A DNA stretch of 64,000 nucleotides from Octopus vulgaris (taxonomy: Eukaryota): positions 53,258,001-53,322,000 of the forward strand of contig OX597823.1 of assembly GCA_951406725.2 (NCBI GenBank). The letters are read 5' to 3'. Every line of letters begins with the position of its first letter. The first letter of the stretch is position 1. Shown one piece after another: positions 1 to 18,058 of the stretch. The notes under the pieces were generated by a model, which saw only the letters and a program-made list of their open reading frames with translations, made no database searches and was not told where the DNA came from. Both the position numbers and the translations under genes were made by a program.

Positions 1-1664
1 TCGTCATCATCATCATTGGTGTCGTTGTCGTCGTCATCATCAGCTTCAGTAGTAGCAGCGTCATTGTTCTTTTAATTTAAATATAGCGTTTGTCCGGTAC
101 AGCAGTTCATGTTTATGACAGTCAAAAAAAACGATATTTCACTTTGTTCCTATATTAGATGTTATATTTTAAGTACCCGTTAAATACCAAGGTTAATTTT
201 AATCTGTCATTCTCTCCCCCAAATCAATGAAGTTATTTGCAGGATAGAAACTATTGTTACTACTACCATTATATTCTATCGCTTCAAAGAACTGATGATG
301 TGCTGTCTATTTTTGCTTACCTTTCCAACAACAATCGTAGTTTAGGATGAGGAGCATTTTATAACTTCTATATGAAAGATATTTTTTCACTTTTTCTTAA
401 CTTATTTTGTATTGAATGCTTTCCGAATAATTCTTGCTGAAGTTGCTATTGTTGTTGTTATTGCTGTCATTTATAACTTTTTCTTTTCATTTTTTTCCCT
501 TGGTCGACTTTTAAGAGTAGGTGACTCCTTAAAATCGAATCTATCAAATATTTATATTCTTTCACAAAACCTAAAACTTTTTAAACACATAGAAAAAAAC
601 TTCCACAAACCGACATTTAAAGTTTAAAGAAATGGAATGAATTAGTGGTACTGCCAGAAATATAGAAATCTTTATGGAATAGGGCTGATACCTTCGCTAG
701 AGAGAGATGTTATTTGTTGGTATGACATAAATTCCTTCATTATCTCCTCCCAGCCATCTCTCCGTCTCTCTCTCTGTCTCTTTCTTTTTCTCTCTCTCTT
801 TTTCTAAGTTTTCCTATTACATGTGCGTTAAAAAAATATTTCAGTATTAACTTCGTCTCACTATGTTGTTCCTCGTTCCAAGATTACTTAGTGGTGAAAA
901 TTCAATTAAAATATACCTGTAATTTACTAGACCAAGAGGAGAGCCTGTGAATTCGTTCAACACTAATACTTACCCTGATCCACTTTTCAACAGCATCATA
1001 ACATTGGAGCTGTGCCCAATCAGAAATAAAGATTTCGATCACTATTGATTTCTTGAGTAGTTCACATCCGAGAGAGAGAGAGAGACAAACACAAGCACAC
1101 GAAACTTCACAAGCAAAGGAAGGTGGAGATCCACGCGGTCACTCAACCTGTTAGAAATACCAGCAAGATCTCCCTCAAATCCAGCACTATCGAATTAGAA
1201 CAAAAAATAAATGAATAAAGGCACACGTAATTATATAATCCTAAATATACACTAACTGAATAAACAAATAGGGTGTAAGTTCGGGAGAACACGTGGCAGT
1301 GAAGGCCTGCTAGATAATGGCCCACTTGGGGCTAATTAACGGAGACAACAAAGAATATCATTTTGCAATTATCCTGAAATTTATTAACACAAATAACAAA
1401 TAAAAAATATAGATTTATATAAGGCAGAGGCATTGTGAGGTAGGAAAATAAGAAGTTTGCATGAAAATATATACAAAATCCATTAAACACGACAGCAATA
1501 AAGGAAGTGAAAGATCAACAGCAAAGTGGTGCACTTATGCTATGCTGGCATACAATGCAAGTTTCCGTAAATCATAAAATGCGTCTTTCTTTGGGTCGCG
1601 TTCGGGTAATGTACCAGACTCCAACATATGTGTGTTGTTATTATTACTTAATAATGTTAAAAAC

Positions 1665-4500
<2,836 letters not shown>

Positions 4501-4669
4501 AAAAAAAAAAACATCAGAGTTGAAATTGCATGGATTACATTGCATAGAATTAGGGAAGGGATAAACCGTAGAGGACTACCGGATAAAATATAATATTTAT
4601 TTGTAAGTTCGAAATTTTAGTACTGCGTCAATTGTGTGATCGCACTTTACACGAGTACATAAATATTGG

Positions 4670-4887
4670 TTTTTAAACTTTGGCACAAGGCCAGCAATTT
4701 TTGGTTATGGTGTAAGCCGATTACATTAAAACTCAATACATAATTGGTATTTATTTTATCGATCTGAAAAAGGATGACAGACAAAGTTGACTTCGACGGA
4801 AATTGAACTCAGAACGTAAAGACGGACGAATTACTGGTAAGTATTTTTACCCGGCGTGCTTAACGTGTCTGCCAGCTCATCGCCTTA
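4670..4887 (-). mobile_element. tRNA-derived SINE family B (short-tail variant), diverged
   Basis: Minus strand aaggcgatgagctggcagacacgttaagcacgccggg...ctgagttcaatt...gtcaactttgtctgtcatcc; matches the other B copies. Confidence 0.85.
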
Positions 4888-4933
4888 ATTTGAATATGTC
4901 TTACACTAAGCATATAAAAAATGAAAAGCAGAC

Positions 4934-4967
<34 letters not shown>

Positions 4968-5254
4968 TCAGACAGATAGATAGATATTTTCTCAAGGAAC
5001 TTTAAGCTGCAGGTCGAGTATTTTGAACCGATGAAGTATGTAATCCTGTAATCCTTATCAACAAATAATGAACAGTGGGGAAACTTGTCGAATTGTTCTA
5101 CAGAAATCATATGGTGATCTCAATGTTGAAGATTCTGCTTCAGTATTGAGGCATAATGTGTGTCTGCGTAACATTCGAATGTAAATTTACCATCACTTTA
5201 TCCTCAATGAAACTGTGTCATGTTAGTATTTCACGTGCGGATATATACTTGAGT

Positions 5255-5830
<576 letters not shown>

Positions 5831-6156
5831 ATTCTTTTATTCTTTTATTCGTTTCAGTCATTTGAGTGCGGCCATGCCGGGGCACCGCCTTTAGTTGAAC
5901 AAATCGACCCAGGACTTATTCTTTGCAAGCCTAGTACTTATTGTCTCGGTCTTTATTCCGAACCGCTAGGTTACGGGGATATAAAGACTCCAACATCGGT
6001 TGTCAAGCGATGGTGGGGGGACAAAGGCAGACACACAAATCCCAATCTTTGGTAGGCCCGAGGCTACAGCAGAAGACGCTTGCCCAAGGTGCCACGCCGT
6101 GGGACTGAACCCAGAACCATGAAGTAGGGAAGCAAGGTTCTTACCACACAGCTACA

Positions 6157-6158
<2 letters not shown>
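5831..6158 (-). mobile_element. tRNA-derived SINE family A, internally deleted across the microsatellite site
   Basis: Head tagctgtgtggtaag...ggttcagtccc..ggcaccttgggcaag; tail ggcggtgcc..gcatggccgca...ctgaaac + (AATAAAAG)n. Confidence 0.9.
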
Positions 6159-6204
<46 letters not shown>

Positions 6205-6205
6205 C

Positions 6206-6270
<65 letters not shown>

Positions 6271-6569
6271 TAGATAGATAGATAGATAGATATTTATTTG
6301 TATATATATATACTCATACACACACATGTGTATATGTGTGTGTATATTTAACTCGAACTCCACTCAAGTATTTTTAAGACGTGAGTTTCACAATGGGTCA
6401 TAGAGAACACCTTACCCTACATCTGCAGGAATTTACCGAGAATTCACTCCTTGTAGAAACCCTATTGATCAAGTGTATGCTGAATGAGGGGTGACCTTGG
6501 ACTTAACAACGACAACAACAACAATGACAGCAGAACACTAAGTACAATGAGATATTGAGCTATCTTATA

Positions 6570-6785
6570 ATTAGCTACTTGACCAGTTAGATATAACAGC
6601 CAAATACCACTCAGTCACACTTCAGCATCTTTAAGAAAATAAAGTTCACGTTGGATTATCTCGTATTAGGTGAACATGTGGTTTGCTGAGAAAAGGAAAA
6701 GCAACAGGAGCAATGATAGGTCTACCTTCTACCTTGAACATTTTTGATCATGGATTTAACCAGACTTGTTCCTTTAGGTTTGAGT
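6570..6785 (+). repeat. Dispersed repeat family E (tagaaatagcagccaaat...ggataatgtag...tttgatcat...ggggctaaacaac consensus), diverged
   Basis: Similar segments at ~1145-1350, 6380-6530, 22390-22560, 24560-25430 (-), 42610-42790 (-), 59200-59945 and 63820-64000 (-). Confidence 0.6.
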
Positions 6786-6818
6786 CGCAACTTGTAATAA
6801 TTAAGTTTTCAATTTTTT

Positions 6819-7001
6819 GGCATGGCTGTGATGTAAGAAGCTTATTTATTCCTCAACTACATGGTTACGAGTTCAGGTTCAGTCCCACTGTGTGGCACCT
6901 TGAGCAAATGTCTCCCATTATATATAGCCTCGGGTCAATCGAAGCCTTCTTTCATTTTCCGCGGAAAATGAAAGAAGCCTGTCGTATATGTTCGTGTGTG
7001 C

Positions 7002-7044
<43 letters not shown>

Positions 7045-7260
7045 TTTTTGTCTGTGCTTGTCCCCCCACGGCCGCTTGACAACCACTGTTGCTGTGTTTA
7101 TGTCCTCGTAACTTAGCGGTTCGGCAAAAAGAACGGTAGAATAAGTACCAGACTTCAATAAAAAGAAAAAAGGACTGGGCCTGACTGGTTCGACTAAAAA
7201 CGCTTCAAGGCAGTGTCCCAGTATGACCGCAATCTAATGACTGAAAAAAGTACAAGATAA
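6819..7260 (+). mobile_element. SINE family A with internal (TG)n
   Basis: ggcatggctgtg...ggttcagtcccactg..tggcaccttgagcaa...gaaagaagcc.gtcgta-(TG)n-...gtaacttagcggttcggc...gactgaaa. Confidence 0.88.
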
Positions 7261-8057
7261 ATGTTATTAAAATTTTGGTATAGAAAATAAAATTTCTTTA
7301 ATATTTTGCTAATTTTTCTAATAAATGAAAAACTTATAATTCTATAATGTACTCTAAAATATCTGAATTTGAATTCCGATATCTTTAGCTTTTAGATTTT
7401 ACTTGTTTCAGCCACGGAACTGGGATCATGCTAAGGCAGAGTCTTCAGTACTTTTTTTCCATTTTTTTCTCAAGCCTATTGGTGACTTTTTGCCGGACCA
7501 CAAGTTTAGATGGACATAAACAAACAACACCAAATTCAAGTGGGAGTGGGGAACAAACAGAAAAACAAGGACACACACACACACACACACACACACATGA
7601 TTAAACTTATTAGTGGATACAAATTTATAAGATACGAAACAAAACAAAAAAAGAATTTATCTGAATGTTAAAATTCAATTTTATTTCAAATAGTTATTTA
7701 AGAAAATAAAAAAAGCAGATATTACAAATATTATTCAAATGTAACACCTAAATTTATTATACAGAATGAAACAGGTGAGGTCTTTCTTAATATTTTATTA
7801 AATCATAGTTTTTTGTTCATTTTTTTTAATTACATAATCAAATATATCGAAGACTAAAAACCAATAAAGAAAAGGAGAGAAAGGTAGAAGAAAAGAAATG
7901 TTTGCGCAAAACTTAAAATAATTCCTTCAATGGTTAAATTGTGTTATGCCTTTAGTTACCCAGAAAAGTGGGGGATATGTGTGTATGTATTTGCGTGCAT
8001 TTGCAAGTGTTGTGTGTTCGTGCATGTATGCTTGTATGTACATATGTACATGTTATT

Positions 8058-8059
<2 letters not shown>

Positions 8060-8135
<76 letters not shown>

Positions 8136-8313
8136 TATGTGTATGTATATATGTGTGTGTACATATATATGTATCTAAATAGATAGTTATATATATGGAT
8201 AGATAGTTAGATAGTTAGATAGACAGACAGACAGACAGATATATAGATATATATAGATAGGTAAATAGATATATAGATAGATATATAGATAGGTAGATAG
8301 ATATATAGATAGG

Positions 8314-8408
<95 letters not shown>

Positions 8409-8510
8409 GTTCATAGGTAGGAAAGATATCCTAAGTTTATTGGGACACGCTCATTTTTGATGAGAATAACGATTTCATAACATTATCCACGATTATAAGC
8501 TGCTTCCAAT

Positions 8511-8541
<31 letters not shown>

Positions 8542-8821
8542 CTGTGTGTGCGTGCGCACTCGTGAATATGCAAATATTTTATCATGTGTGTAAATTACTG
8601 CGTACGCGAGAGTGGTTGTGCGTTTATTTGAGTGTGTGAGTGTGTGTGGGTATGTGCGTCTTTGTGATCATATGGATAATGTTATTGATTCTTACTACAG
8701 ATATGTATGTGATCTCACAGATTACCTGCATACGGATTCTCACAAACACACACATACACACACACACATATATATACATATGCGTATAAGTATATATACA
8801 TATAGATAGATAGACAGATAG

Positions 8822-8912
<91 letters not shown>

Positions 8913-9427
8913 CGAATAAACAGATATATATATGTAGATATGTAGATATACGTATATAAATAAAAAATATGTGTGTATATATATATATGGATGCATGTAT
9001 ACATACATGCATATACGTAGACACACACATACATACACACGCACAAAGAATTTAGTCTTGTGTAAGATGTGTACTTCGTATATGTATGTATGAAACTATG
9101 GATGCATATGTGTATGTATGTATGTATGTATGTATGTATGTATGTATGTATGTATGTATGTATGTATGTATGTATGTTTGTATGTAAGCTTGAAAGTATA
9201 GGATGAAAATCAGCAAAAAGGTGAAATGTGAACTATTTACGTAATTTCAGCTCCAAATAAAATTTCTTCATATACTGTATTCTGTTGAGTTTTTGATTCT
9301 ATATTTTTTTCCTACTGAAGTTTACTTCCTTTCTATATGTAAGCAGGTATAATTTCATGCGTATGCATGAGTGTGTGTGGATGTATGTTTGAATACACAC
9401 ACACACAATATAATACAATATACATAT

Positions 9428-9494
<67 letters not shown>

Positions 9495-9573
9495 TAAATG
9501 TATGTGTCTATATAAATATATATGTGTGTGCGTGTGTCTATATCAATATATATATTTGTATATATATATATAT

Positions 9574-9620
<47 letters not shown>

Positions 9621-9663
9621 CATATATATATACATATATATACATATATATATACATATATAT

Positions 9664-9716
<53 letters not shown>

Positions 9717-9747
9717 CATATATATATACATATACATATATATATAC

Positions 9748-9837
<90 letters not shown>

Positions 9838-10324
9838 CATAGATCACCAATGGTAGCCTTAATTCACAAATAAAGAAATTAATTCCACCAATGCGGTGTT
9901 GAGCTATCATTTTCATTGTTGAACATTTACACACACATATACATACATATATATACATACATACATACATACACACTAACACACACACACATACACACAC
10001 ATATATATGATATCTATAGAATGACATATACCCGGATTCTCCACATGATAATATTTCACTGACAGTGCTCCAGCATGGCCTTAGCTAAATCGTATAAAGA
10101 ATTAAAAGAATATATTTATTTATGTGTATATGTATATGTCAGTATATATATATATATATTACATGTATTTATTTATTCATCTATATATATATATATACAC
10201 ACATATATATATACACACATATATATATACACACAAATATATATATATAAACATATATATTCATACATACATAACGGCGGTGCATCAGCATGGCCGCAGC
10301 TCTGAGCTGAAACTAGAAAAAAAA

Positions 10325-10373
<49 letters not shown>

Positions 10374-10435
10374 GACATGCATATACACACACAATACATA
10401 TTTGCTTGTGTGTGTATGTATATATGTGTGTGTGT
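8060..10435. repeat. Compound microsatellite field (CA)n/(TA)n/(GATA)n/(TATG)n
   Basis: Directly visible, with short unique interruptions. Confidence 0.96.
10276..10325 (+). mobile_element. Isolated LINE/SINE 3'-tail fragment
   Basis: ggcggtgcatcagcatggccgcagctctgagctgaaac + A-rich end; same motif as the family A and LINE tail; similar fragments at 10062-10110, 58460-58503 and 63051-63110. Confidence 0.75.
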
Positions 10436-10439
10436 GTTA

Positions 10440-10720
10440 CCTATTCTGTCATTTTGGGTCTTTAACACACCTTATATTGGTTGTCAAGTGTCACAGAGGG
10501 ATTAACATAAACCCACACACAGCTATGTATGTATGTATGTATGTATGTATGTACGACGGGCTTCCATACAGTGTCCGTCAACCAAATTCCCATACCAGGC
10601 ATTGTTCCTCGTAGGCATTCTGTAGAAAATACATACCCCTTATGTTACGCAGCTGTACAGAACCTAATGACACGCGGTTGCAAAGCAATCATGCAATCCT
10701 CACAACAGTACCTATGTCGA
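10440..10720 (-). mobile_element. SINE family A, old diverged copy with internal (TATG)n
   Basis: cgacgggcttcc..cagt.tccgtc.accaaattcc...gtagaa..acata.ccc matches the family A body. Confidence 0.7.
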
Positions 10721-11029
10721 GTAGAGTAAAAGTACACCATGGTTTGTTACGCTTAGAATGCCTTTTATCATAGGTGAAACTCGTTACTAACAACTGGCCT
10801 GGGATTAATCAACAGATAAACCATTCATCCACACACGCATGCACACACGCACACACAAAAATGCATTCCGTCACATATTAAAAGGTGATGTGTCTTTGTT
10901 ATAAATTTTGGTTTTACTCATTTACTCAAATAATTATGGAACTTTAAAAATGTTTTTACACAAAATATCTTATCATCAATCTTCATAATTCTCTCTATAT
11001 AAGCATCTGTGTACTGTACGTATGCATTA

Positions 11030-11078
<49 letters not shown>

Positions 11079-11460
11079 GTGCATACACACACAGAGGTGA
11101 GCACATAAGTGCGAAACAGTGTGGAAAGAATAGTACTCGATTACCAAAGGTAGAGCAATATGCGTTTATGAAAGCTGCAAAATTATCACACAACTGTTAC
11201 TCATCGCTTCACGTTCCAGGTCGTCGGACATTTTTAATGAACATATGTGTGTGTGTGTGTGTGTAATATACATACATATACATACATATATATATATTGC
11301 ATGTATATATATATACATGTATGTATGTATGTATGTATGTATGTATGTATGTATGTATGTATGTATGTATGTATGTATGTATGTATGTATTATATACGCA
11401 TATGTGTTGTTTAGTCCCAGGTCGGTAGTTATTAACGACTTGTGATAAAATACACCCTAG

Positions 11461-11618
11461 GGGCAAGTGTCTCCCGTTATATGCTTATGCCGACTAATGT
11501 CTAGTGAGGGAATTTGGCTGACGGAAACTGTATGGAGGCCCGTCATACATACCTACACACATACGTACATACATACATACATACATACATACATACATAC
11601 ATACATACATACATACAT

Positions 11619-11661
<43 letters not shown>

Positions 11662-11885
11662 TCTGAGTGTGTGTGTTTTAGTGCTTGTGTTTATTTTATT
11701 CTCATTCCACCTTGACAACCAGTGTAGGTGTGTTTTTACCTGCGGAAGCTAGCGTTCCAACCTAACAAATTGACAGAATAAGTAAGAGACTTTAAAAATA
11801 AGTTTAGTCAATTAGATCGACTAGATCCTTCAAGGCGATGCACCAGCATGGCCGCAGATCGGAACAAGTGAAAGGTAAAAGTTAA
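11461..11885 (+). mobile_element. SINE family A, 5'-truncated, internal (TACA)n(TG)n
   Basis: gggcaagtgtctc...acggaaactg..ggcccgtc-microsatellite-...caaggcgatgcaccagcatggccgcag. Confidence 0.85.
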
Positions 11886-12083
11886 AACATAGTGTTTCTA
11901 GGTTTATATTATAGAAGAAGTTGTCCTTTTTCATCTTTTTAAGACAGTAGTATGTAATATATGGGGCATAACTAGCTGCTATTTCTAGCAGAAAATGTGA
12001 CAGTAGAGAAACGTTCTCGATAACAGAACAGGGCAGAAACAGAGTCACATAATTAAATGGTCATTTTTGTGTGCGCGCGTGTG

Positions 12084-12164
<81 letters not shown>

Positions 12165-12951
12165 TGTCTGTGTCTCATTTTTTTAAAAATATTAAATATT
12201 TAATCGATTTAAATCTCTGGCCTTCTTGAGGTGCACAGTTAATGACTGCGTGCACTTATGTAATATATAAAAGTTTGTGTGTGTGTGTGTGTGTGTGTGC
12301 GTGCGTGTGTATCTGATATTATTTTCTTAGAAATCTAAGTAAATCACAAAATTATAAGTTTCTGGTCATGCTGGAATATCACGGTTAACGGGTGTATGCA
12401 CACACAGAAATGTGGGTCTACATGCCTGCGAGGTTTTCATAAGTGATTTGCACATTTAAGTTATATATCGCTTGTGCGTATAAGGCATATATTATTGCTT
12501 TCATAATCCAATGTGCTGTAGTCATCAACGATCGTTTTCGTTACGCATTACAATTGCATTCGTAAGATTTCGGTCTAACAATCAAATTGGTACCAATCTT
12601 CAGCAGACGCAACTAATTTTTCAGCTGGTTGGACCTGGAGCAAAGTGAAATAAGATTTCTTGCCTAAGAAAACGATCTCTCTGATTCGGCAACCGATCCC
12701 ACGACCTTACTTACCATCGTTAGCCAAACAGTTTCACTGCTCGCCCACACGCTTAGCACCTACGTTTGTGAGTGACTTATTTTCAAAAGCTCATATTGTT
12801 TTGCTAGGATCAAGCAAGTGTTCATGTTACGCAAGAAGTTCTCTTGTCTACAGAGATTTGCATTATTTGCTTAGTTTATTTACTTTTACAAGACTCAAGT
12901 CTGTGAAAGGCTTTGGAGTCGGATAACTGCATGAATGAAATGATATATGAG

Positions 12952-13004
<53 letters not shown>

Positions 13005-13008
<4 letters not shown>

Positions 13009-13215
13009 CAAATTTGCAGAAAAAAAAATGAAGACAGGTGAGAGAGAACAACAAACAGGTGTATTAGTTTAATGCTCAAGGAAAATGGGCAAGTCTTTGA
13101 CGTTTCAAGCCTACGTTCTTCAACCGAAAAGATTGTGGGGAAAATAAATGTGGTGAGAACAAGAAAAACGGAATGGGAAAAAATTGTGTAAGGATTTACG
13201 GTTCGACATGAAAAA
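13005..13215 (-). mobile_element. Penelope-like terminal repeat fragment with decayed hammerhead motif
   Basis: Homologous to 56620-56770 and 60999-61097 (aacaaacag.tgta.ttagtt...aagtctttgacgtttc); minus strand 13095-13130 reads TTTT CGGTTGA AGAACGTAGGCTT GAAAC GTC AAAG; abuts (TA)n. Confidence 0.7.
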
Positions 13216-13242
13216 TATTAATACATACACACATACATATAT

Positions 13243-13327
<85 letters not shown>

Positions 13328-13345
13328 GCGAGAGACAGACAGACG

Positions 13346-13438
<93 letters not shown>

Positions 13439-14310
13439 GCAAAATTCTACCTAAAACAATATTGCCAAAACATACTATGGCCAGAATCATTAAACGTCAG
13501 ATAAAATTCTTTGAGTAGTGCCTCAAGGCATTTTGGTCCGGATCTTTACATTTCTGAATTCAAATATCGCGAGAAGTCACCTTTACCTTTTAGCCTCCAG
13601 AATTGATAAAAATAAAGTAACAGTCAAGTTTTGCATTGGCATTATCGACTTTTCCTCCTCTTTGAAAATTGTGCCATATTAATGGCAAAAATCTGTCGGA
13701 ACTGATGTTTTGAACATGACGTACAGCGGTGAATTGGCAAAATAAACTGAGTAACGATCAGGATTTTCTTGCGCCTCTTTATGTTCTCTGTTCAAATCCA
13801 GCCGATGCCAGGTCAACTTTACCTTTTGTTATTCCGAAGTCGCTAAAATAGAATAGATGGGAATAATGCTTTTGAGTTAATTCTATCACGGGTCAAATAT
13901 AAATACCAGCTTACTGCCTAGCGTGAAAATGATTAGCAAAAAATGCATAATGAAAGGACTTTAAAAGAACAATCACATAGAATCGTCCGTCACACTGGTT
14001 ACCGAGTGGGGTGGGACGAGATCTCGGGTAAAGGGTCTTATAGAAAAATATATTGCGGTTTCCACTCGATGCCGATACAAGGCATCAATAAGCCAGCAAC
14101 ATACTCCAGGAGAAGAAGGCGCGTGTCCCAGGACCCCAAAGTGGGCCCGGGAGGGAAGGAACAACTGTTACACTTTAACAATTGAAAAGAAAAATTGGCT
14201 GGTCAATATCCATAGTCTTAGTTGGTCACGCTTGAAAATCCAGTGTATAAGTATTTTAGTGATTACACATAAATACATGTGCACATACACACACACATAT
14301 GTATATATAC

Positions 14311-14384
<74 letters not shown>

Positions 14385-14397
14385 TTGTGTGTGCACG

Positions 14398-14505
14398 GAG
14401 GCGCAATGGCCCAGTGGTTAGAGCAGCGAACTCGCGATCGTAGGATCGCGGTTTCGATTCCCAGACCGGGCGTTGTGAGTGTTTATTGAGCGAAAACACC
14501 TAAAG
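14398..14505 (+). mobile_element. tRNA-derived SINE head (Pol III A/B boxes), 3'-truncated
   Basis: GGAGGCGCAATGGCCCAGTGGTTAGAGCA...GGTTTCGATTCCC followed by non-tRNA sequence; acceptor stem does not close. Confidence 0.75.
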
Positions 14506-14994
14506 ATATAGATATGTCTAATGACATTTGCTTTAGACAGACCAAATGGAGGAGATGCTTGATGACTCTACTCCTATGATATTCCCAGAAATTATGGTCG
14601 GAGAAGGATGGATGGATGGATGGATGGATTTAATTCTATCCTCACAAAATCCCAGGCTTTGTGCCCATATTAGAAAGGAAATAATTAAGAGCAATTAATT
14701 GGCAGAATCTTTAGAGTGTCAGACAAAATGCCGAACGAAATCTACCTTTGCTCTTTATGTTCTGAGGTCTAGTCCTGCTGGGATCACTTTTGCATTTCAC
14801 TCTTTCGGCGTCGATTAAATAAAATACCAATTAAGTACTAAGTTAATATAATCGACTGGTCCTCTGACTTACATTTCAGTTGTTGCACCTTTATTAAAAC
14901 AATTAAGGGAGGCGGTTTTGGTAGAATCACTAGTGCGCCAAACAAAATATGTTACAGTATTCGCTCCATCTCTCTACGTTCTAGTTTAAAGATG

Positions 14995-15292
14995 GTGAAG
15001 GTACGTGGCTTAGAGGTTAGAGTATTTCGCTCACGATCGCAAGATCGTGGGTACGATACCTTGCGGCGCGTCGTAAACTCGCGCTAGACACTGTATTTCA
15101 CATTGCTCCAGTCCACTCAGCTGGTAAAAAAATGAGTTGTACTTGTATTTCAAAAGGCCACCCTTATCACGTTCTGTATTATGCTGAATCTCCCTGAAAA
15201 CTATGTTAAGGGTGCGCATCTGTAGAGTGCTCAGCCACATCTGTCGATCGGATTAACTGGAACCGTCGTGGTCGTAAGGGACAGAATACCAG
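14995..15292 (+). mobile_element. tRNA-derived SINE family C
   Basis: Colinear with 57801-58130: gtgaagg..cgtggct.ag.ggttag...ctccagtccactcagctgg...ctccctga.aactatgttaaggg...gtgctcagccac...ttaactggaa. Confidence 0.85.
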
Positions 15293-15938
15293 TTAGTTTT
15301 GAAATTTCACCATAGTACCAAACGAATACCGAGGTCGATGTAACCGACTAGACAGCTCTCCGCAGACCTTCTGGTCTTGAGCATAAATTAATAGCAGCCA
15401 CTTATTAATTGTTGTGTGGGGGCGGTATGTCAACGAATAGGCCCAAAGGCCACCAAAAGAGGTTGAAGCAGGATTGTCACTCCGACTTCGTAAAATCCTC
15501 AGCAGCAAGGTCTACCCAAACAGGCTCCTGAGTTGGAGGGTTGTCACATGGGTGGCGAAAGGTGTCATCGCCAGGAGTAGGCAATCTGGTGATGGATTCA
15601 GCGATGTTATAGAGCATGCTTCCAAACTACTACTACTACTATTACTACTACTACTACTACTTAGTTGTTTGATTATTTTCCCTTGATACCACAGCATGTC
15701 TCTGTCAACATCTCAGCTTATGGTATGACTTTAAACTGTATGTGGTAGTGGGGCCCTAGTTTGGGAATTCCAGGGTTTTCAGGCGTAAGAAACTAACGCT
15801 TAGTCACTATTATTCCAAGAACTACACTGATCCGAAATAGTATCAACTCTCAGGGTGCCAGCCGTAGGTTAATTAGCTTGAAAAATAGAAGCCAGGTCTA
15901 AGTATGAGAAAAAACTGCTCCGGTCCAATTCACGAGAG

Positions 15939-16549
15939 TCTTCTTATTTCATTATTGCCCACAAGGGGCTAAACATTGGGGGGACAAGCAAGGATAGATA
16001 CAGGGATTAAGTCGATTACATCGACCCCAGTGCATAACTGGTACTTAATTTATCGACCCCGAAAGGATGAAAGGAGAAAAGGCAAAGTGGACCTGGGCAG
16101 AATTTGAACTTAGAACGTAAAGACAGACGAAATACCTATTTCTCTACTACCCACAAGGGGCTAAACACAGAGAGGACAAACAATGACAGACAAACGGATT
16201 AAGTCGATTGCATCGACCCCAGTCGTAACTGGTACTTATTTAATCGACCCCGAAAGGATGAAAAGCAAAGTCGACCTCCGCGGAATTTGAACTCAGAACA
16301 AAGGACAGACGAAATACCTATTTCTTTATTACCCACAAGGGGCTAAACACAGAGGGGACAAACAAGGACAGACAAACGGATTAAGTCGATTATATCGATC
16401 CCAGTGCGTAACTGATACTTATTCAATCGACCCCGAAAGGATGAAAAGCAAAGTCGACCTCGGCAGAATTTGAATACAGAGAGTAGCGGCAGACGAAATA
16501 CCGCTAAGCATTTCGCCCGGCATGTTAACGTTTCTGCCATCTCGCCGCC
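15939..16549 (-). mobile_element. SINE family B trimer (one tRNA head + three ~185-bp bodies) with 9-bp TSD
   Basis: Three tandem units joined at GAAATA|GGTATTTCGTCTG; TCACGAGAG at 15930-15938 and 16550-16558. Confidence 0.93.
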
Positions 16550-17249
16550 TCACGAGAGGCTCCTTGGCAAGGCCAAGCAGCCGTTAACCACTTGATCCAT
16601 AGTAACGTTGAAATTATAGAATGCAGTATAGTGGACGCGAACTATTTCGGCAGATGAACTTATTGAGTCAATGGCGAATACCACTTGATGCTGAGTGGAT
16701 AAAAGGTTAAGAAAGAAATTGTCAACGGCCAGGATCAACCAGTGCAGTTATTTCATCTAGGGTTGTGGCGTGCAAAGATGAGACATTCAGCTCTCGGAAA
16801 GACCAATATGACTTACTAGTCCGAGCAAGTCGAGCGACCAAATTATGATGAATGGCCTTAAAAACTGTTTATTGTTAACGTCAGTATCTCTCTATGTTCC
16901 GTAACGTAGTGGTTTGTTATAGAAATCGATAAAATATGCACCATACTGAAATAAGTACTGGAGCCGATATGATCAACCGAAACATTTGAAGGTTCTACTC
17001 TTTAATATGGCTGCAATCCAAAAACTGAAACCAATAAAAGAATAAAAACTCCATGTTTTATTATTTTATTTATTTATTTATCATCCTACTTAGTCAAATC
17101 CTGCCGAGGTAGACTTTAGATTTTATACCTCCGGGATCGATAAAAGAAAATAGCTGTCAAATGCTGGAGTCGATGGCGTCGGCTTTCCCCTCCTCTCAAT
17201 ATTGCTGGTTTCGTGCCTAAATTAGAAGCAATTGTAGTATATGTAAAAT

Positions 17250-17287
<38 letters not shown>

Positions 17288-17736
17288 GGTGGTGGTGGTG
17301 GTGGTTATACCACCGTTACTGCCATTGTCGGTCGTAGGAAATCGAACTCTGAATCCACTTGTGCTACATTTCTTGTATTAACGCCTATTTTACAGAAGAA
17401 AAAAAACAGAACACTATTGACAGTGATTCAAAGCTTTACCAAATATTTTTCCTTATACAGAAAAGACAGTTCTGGCGTAACTTTGAAGGCACTGACATGT
17501 TTATAAATAGATATGCTTAGATGAATATACATATACATACATATATACACTTCATATCCACAACACACACACACACATTCTTAAATTAAATTAAGAAGTA
17601 TTAATTATATGAAATCGGTTCATTAGCAAAAAAAAAATGGCCCAAACTTTTTAGAAGGAAGTTTTCGTTTTGTTTTCAGCACTTTCGCTGTTTACAGCAT
17701 TTCAAAAACACGTGTTATGAGATAATCCCTATATGC

Positions 17737-17782
<46 letters not shown>

Positions 17783-17787
<5 letters not shown>

Positions 17788-18020
17788 GCAATTTCATTTG
17801 CGACTTAACCCTGGAGTTTACTGCTCTAAGCTACCCAACGAGTATAGACTACCAGATACGTCTTCCGAACGTGTCAATATAACGATAGAGCTTCATTATA
17901 TCGCACTATTCATATTGTATAATAATATAGCGATACTCTTCAGTTCGAAAGTCGATGAAACACTTATAAACTTATGTAATAAAACAGCTTGCTCGCTCCA
18001 CTGTCTTTATTAATAATTAT
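17783..18020 (+). mobile_element. Insertion within (TA)n, possible Penelope-like terminal fragment
   Basis: Unique ~240 bp flanked by (TA)n on both sides, ending GAAAC...AATAAA; weak hammerhead-like layout. Confidence 0.4.
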
Positions 18021-18024
18021 ATAG

Positions 18025-18058
<34 letters not shown>

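Noticed and set aside
286-320. CTGATGA hammerhead box
   Set aside because: No downstream GAAA or pairing stems.
13975-14180. Possible LINE RT fragment (WLIDALY)
   Set aside because: Similarity too weak to call without a search.
14398-14472. Apparent tRNA gene
   Set aside because: A and B boxes are present but the acceptor stem does not pair, and it continues into SINE body sequence; the same head recurs at ~20650.
15939-16549. CRISPR-like or satellite array
   Set aside because: Units are SINE bodies without unique spacers; eukaryotic context, no cas genes.
15400-16860. Possible old LINE 5' region interrupted by the SINE trimer
   Set aside because: Composition is suggestive but no diagnostic motif could be read.
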